40,582 bases of DNA from Alistipes sp. (GTDB lineage Bacteria; Bacteroidota; Bacteroidia; Bacteroidales; Rikenellaceae): positions 1 through 40,582 of the forward strand of contig JAGBVQ010000151.1 in the NCBI GenBank assembly GCA_017630245.1, read 5' to 3'. The translations under genes were made by a program, and so were the position numbers. Position 1 is the first letter of the stretch, and every line of letters begins with the position of its first letter. The notes beneath the pieces were generated by a model, which saw only the letters and a program-made list of their open reading frames with translations, had not been told where the DNA came from and did not search any database. Below are positions 38,328 to 40,582 of the stretch, in pieces.

Positions 38328-40430
38328 ATGCGTTTTAATAAGATAATAGTTTCGATTTTGCTCCTTGCTGCAACAAGTGTGGCAATGGCAGATAATGTGG
38401 CCGGTACGGCAGAGCGTCCCGACCCTGCAACCGAGAAGATCGCGGTGAATACAACTCCGAGTGAGGCTTATGATGCGAAGAATGTAGACTTTGCGAAGCT
38501 GACCGATATCGAGGTTGTGGGCAATCGTCTGTGGGCTTCGGTGCTTGGCGGTGGCGAGAATGAGAAGGGCTTCCTGATGTTGGCCTATAGCGACAATGGA
38601 GGTAAGTCGTGGCGTATGCCTGTGGGCGTTATCGACCCGCACGATACAGCGCTTAAGCATCCCCGTTCGGCAAATCACGGAGTGCTGTGGCTCTCGCCTA
38701 AGGGTGAGCTGTGGTACTTCTATACGGTTTCGATGTACTACTTCGATGGTCGAGGTTCTCTCTTTGCTACCGTTTGCCGCAATGCCGAGAGCGAGAATCC
38801 CGCTTGGAGCGAGCCTATGCACTTGGGCGCAGGTGTCTGCACCGGTAAGCCGGTGATTCACCCCGGTAACGGCAATTGGGTGTTGCCGGTGGCTCTCTGG
38901 GGTAGAGATTTGATCAACTACGAGGGCCGTCGCTGGATTATGTCGGCACAGAAGGGTCACAAATGGGTATCGCCCTATGCTGAGGAGTATAAGGAGTTTG
39001 ACTCGAAGCGAGGCTCGGGTGTCTATGTGTCGAGTGACGAGGGCGCAAGCTGGAGTGCACACCTCGGCGCAGTGAAGACCCCCAGTGCCGTCGCTGAGCG
39101 TTATCCCAACCCTACGCTGTATGTAAACCAGAAGGGTGGTATAACGATGGTTACCCGCTCGGCAAATACAGCCTATGCACACGCTTCGTGGTCGACGGAT
39201 GGTGTGTCGTGGAGCCCCAATGCGTGGAAACATCTTCCTGCACCTGACCAGAATATTCTCTTTACGAATCGTCCTGACGGCAAGTTGATGATGGTGCGTA
39301 ATGGCCGATTCGACCAGCCGCTCTATTGGTTGCCCGAGAAGATGTATGTCTACCTCTCGGATGATAATGGCACGACTTGGTATGGCGGTCTGAGAATCTC
39401 GTCGGATAATCTCTCGCTCGATCCCTGTGTGGCTCAGGCAAAGGATGGTACGATCTATATCGCCTACACATCCAACATTTTCGGCAAGAGTGAGATACGC
39501 CTTGTGACTACTTCGGAGGCGGAGATCGATAACGCCTCGACTGCGTTGGCCGTGAATGCTGCGAATGTGGCACCCATCCTGGCGATGCCGAAGGCTGCGG
39601 CTCGTGCCGATGCCGAGTTGAAGACGCTGCAGGCTACGCGCAAGGAGTGGGGTAAGCAGTCGTTGCGTGTGGCAACCTACAATATTCAGTATCCTACTCG
39701 TTGGAATGAGCGTCTGATTCCGCTTATCAAGACCATAGATAAGTATGATTTAGATGTGTTTGGTTCGCAGGAGCCATTTATGCCTCAGATTGAGGATATG
39801 ATGGCGCATATCGGCGACCGCTACGCTTGGATTGGTACCTGCATCGCGGGAGATGATAATGTGCGTAATAAGCACTTTAACCCTATCTTCTACAAGAAGG
39901 AGCGCTTGGAGTTGCTCGATTGGGATACCATTTGGTTTACCGATAAGGCCGGAACTCCGGGCTATGGTGCGTGGTCGGCACGTCTGCTGACGTGGGCTCA
40001 CTTCCGCGACAAGGCTACCGATAAGGAGTTCTATCTCTTCAACTCGCACTTCGACCACCTCGGTCCCGAGGCTAAGGAGGTGGCCGCACATATCTTGGTG
40101 CAGGCTGTGCGCGAGATTGCTAAGGGTATGCCGGCATTCTGTACGGGTGACTTTAACTGCGACGAGTATAGCCGTCCCTATAAGACTATCATCGCATCGG
40201 AGTTTATCAACGACTCTTTCAGAGCTGTGGCAGAGCCGACTAACGGAGTCTATCCCTCACACAGTGGCTATAGGGCTCCAAAGCCTGGTAATAGCACCCA
40301 TATCGACCACGTCTTCTTTACGCCCAATGCGGTGCGTATCATGAATTGGGAGTTGATTATCGAGGGCTATAATGGTATGTGGGGTTCGGACCACTTGCCG
40401 ATCTTTGTGGATTGTAAGATTGCGAACTAA
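38328..40430 (+). CDS. Secreted fusion: Asp-box (BNR, sialidase-like) beta-propeller plus EEP phosphoesterase
   Basis: Asp boxes SDNGGKSW, SSDEGASW, STDGVSW, SDDNGTTW; EEP motifs ATYNI, GSQE, NSHFDH, TGDFN, HIDHVF, SDHLP. Confidence 0.88.
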   Translation: MRFNKIIVSILLLAATSVAMADNVAGTAERPDPATEKIAVNTTPSEAYDAKNVDFAKLTDIEVVGNRLWASVLGGGENEKGFLMLAYSDNGGKSWRMPVGVIDPHDTALKHPRSANHGVLWLSPKGELWYFYTVSMYYFDGRGSLFATVCRNAESENPAWSEPMHLGAGVCTGKPVIHPGNGNWVLPVALWGRDLINYEGRRWIMSAQKGHKWVSPYAEEYKEFDSKRGSGVYVSSDEGASWSAHLGAVKTPSAVAERYPNPTLYVNQKGGITMVTRSANTAYAHASWSTDGVSWSPNAWKHLPAPDQNILFTNRPDGKLMMVRNGRFDQPLYWLPEKMYVYLSDDNGTTWYGGLRISSDNLSLDPCVAQAKDGTIYIAYTSNIFGKSEIRLVTTSEAEIDNASTALAVNAANVAPILAMPKAAARADAELKTLQATRKEWGKQSLRVATYNIQYPTRWNERLIPLIKTIDKYDLDVFGSQEPFMPQIEDMMAHIGDRYAWIGTCIAGDDNVRNKHFNPIFYKKERLELLDWDTIWFTDKAGTPGYGAWSARLLTWAHFRDKATDKEFYLFNSHFDHLGPEAKEVAAHILVQAVREIAKGMPAFCTGDFNCDEYSRPYKTIIASEFINDSFRAVAEPTNGVYPSHSGYRAPKPGNSTHIDHVFFTPNAVRIMNWELIIEGYNGMWGSDHLPIFVDCKIAN

Positions 40431-40452
40431 ATAAAAACGGCTTAGGTATGTG

Positions 40453-40490
40453 CAAAACAGGGAAATACGCTTTAGTATTCCCCTGTTTTG
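40453..40490 (+). terminator. Probable terminator closing the plus-strand locus
   Basis: caaaacagggaaatac / gtattcccctgttttg inverted repeat with one mismatch, 22 nt after the last stop. Confidence 0.75.
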
Positions 40491-40559
40491 TCATTATGGC
40501 GCAGCTTTCCAATAATAAGACTAAATAACCATACAGTAAAATTCAGGTGGATTCTAAAT

Positions 40560-40582
40560 AATTTTGAATTTTGAATTTTGAA
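40560..40582. repeat. Heptamer tandem repeat (AATTTTG)n, truncated by the window end
   Basis: aattttg x3 followed by aa. Confidence 0.8.

Noticed and set aside
1-40582. CRISPR array, tRNA/rRNA, integrase/transposase, DGR reverse transcriptase or anti-phage nuclease island
   Set aside because: No repeat-spacer structure, RNA gene or mobility gene seen; the EEP proteins carry export signals, which argues against cytoplasmic defence or DNA repair roles.

Overview
Bacteroidales (Rikenellaceae/Alistipes-like, inferred) chromosomal window. Left half, minus strand: housekeeping genes (ricT/PSP1, gldH-like, trmB, degP, rpoD, cyclophilin, tatA, partial tatC) with a four-gene secreted phosphoesterase cassette between rpoD and the cyclophilin (one GDPD, three paralogous EEP enzymes). 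Right half, plus strand: a ~27 kb SusC/SusD locus with a GH2 beta-galactosidase, a 40-aa peptide missing from the ORF track, two fimbrillin-like/lectin-like lipoproteins, three calcineurin-like metallophosphoesterases, BACON and DUF5689-like proteins, and an Asp-box propeller-EEP fusion. Headline: eight exported phosphoesterases from three unrelated folds against one clear glycosidase, suggesting a locus for phosphodiester-linked polymers. A shared fimbrillin-like N-terminal module is fused to different C-terminal payloads (EEP, metallophosphoesterase, lectin-like), and its three lipoprotein copies keep a type V pilin-like Thr-Arg site. Family assignments come from motif recognition by eye; no searches were run.
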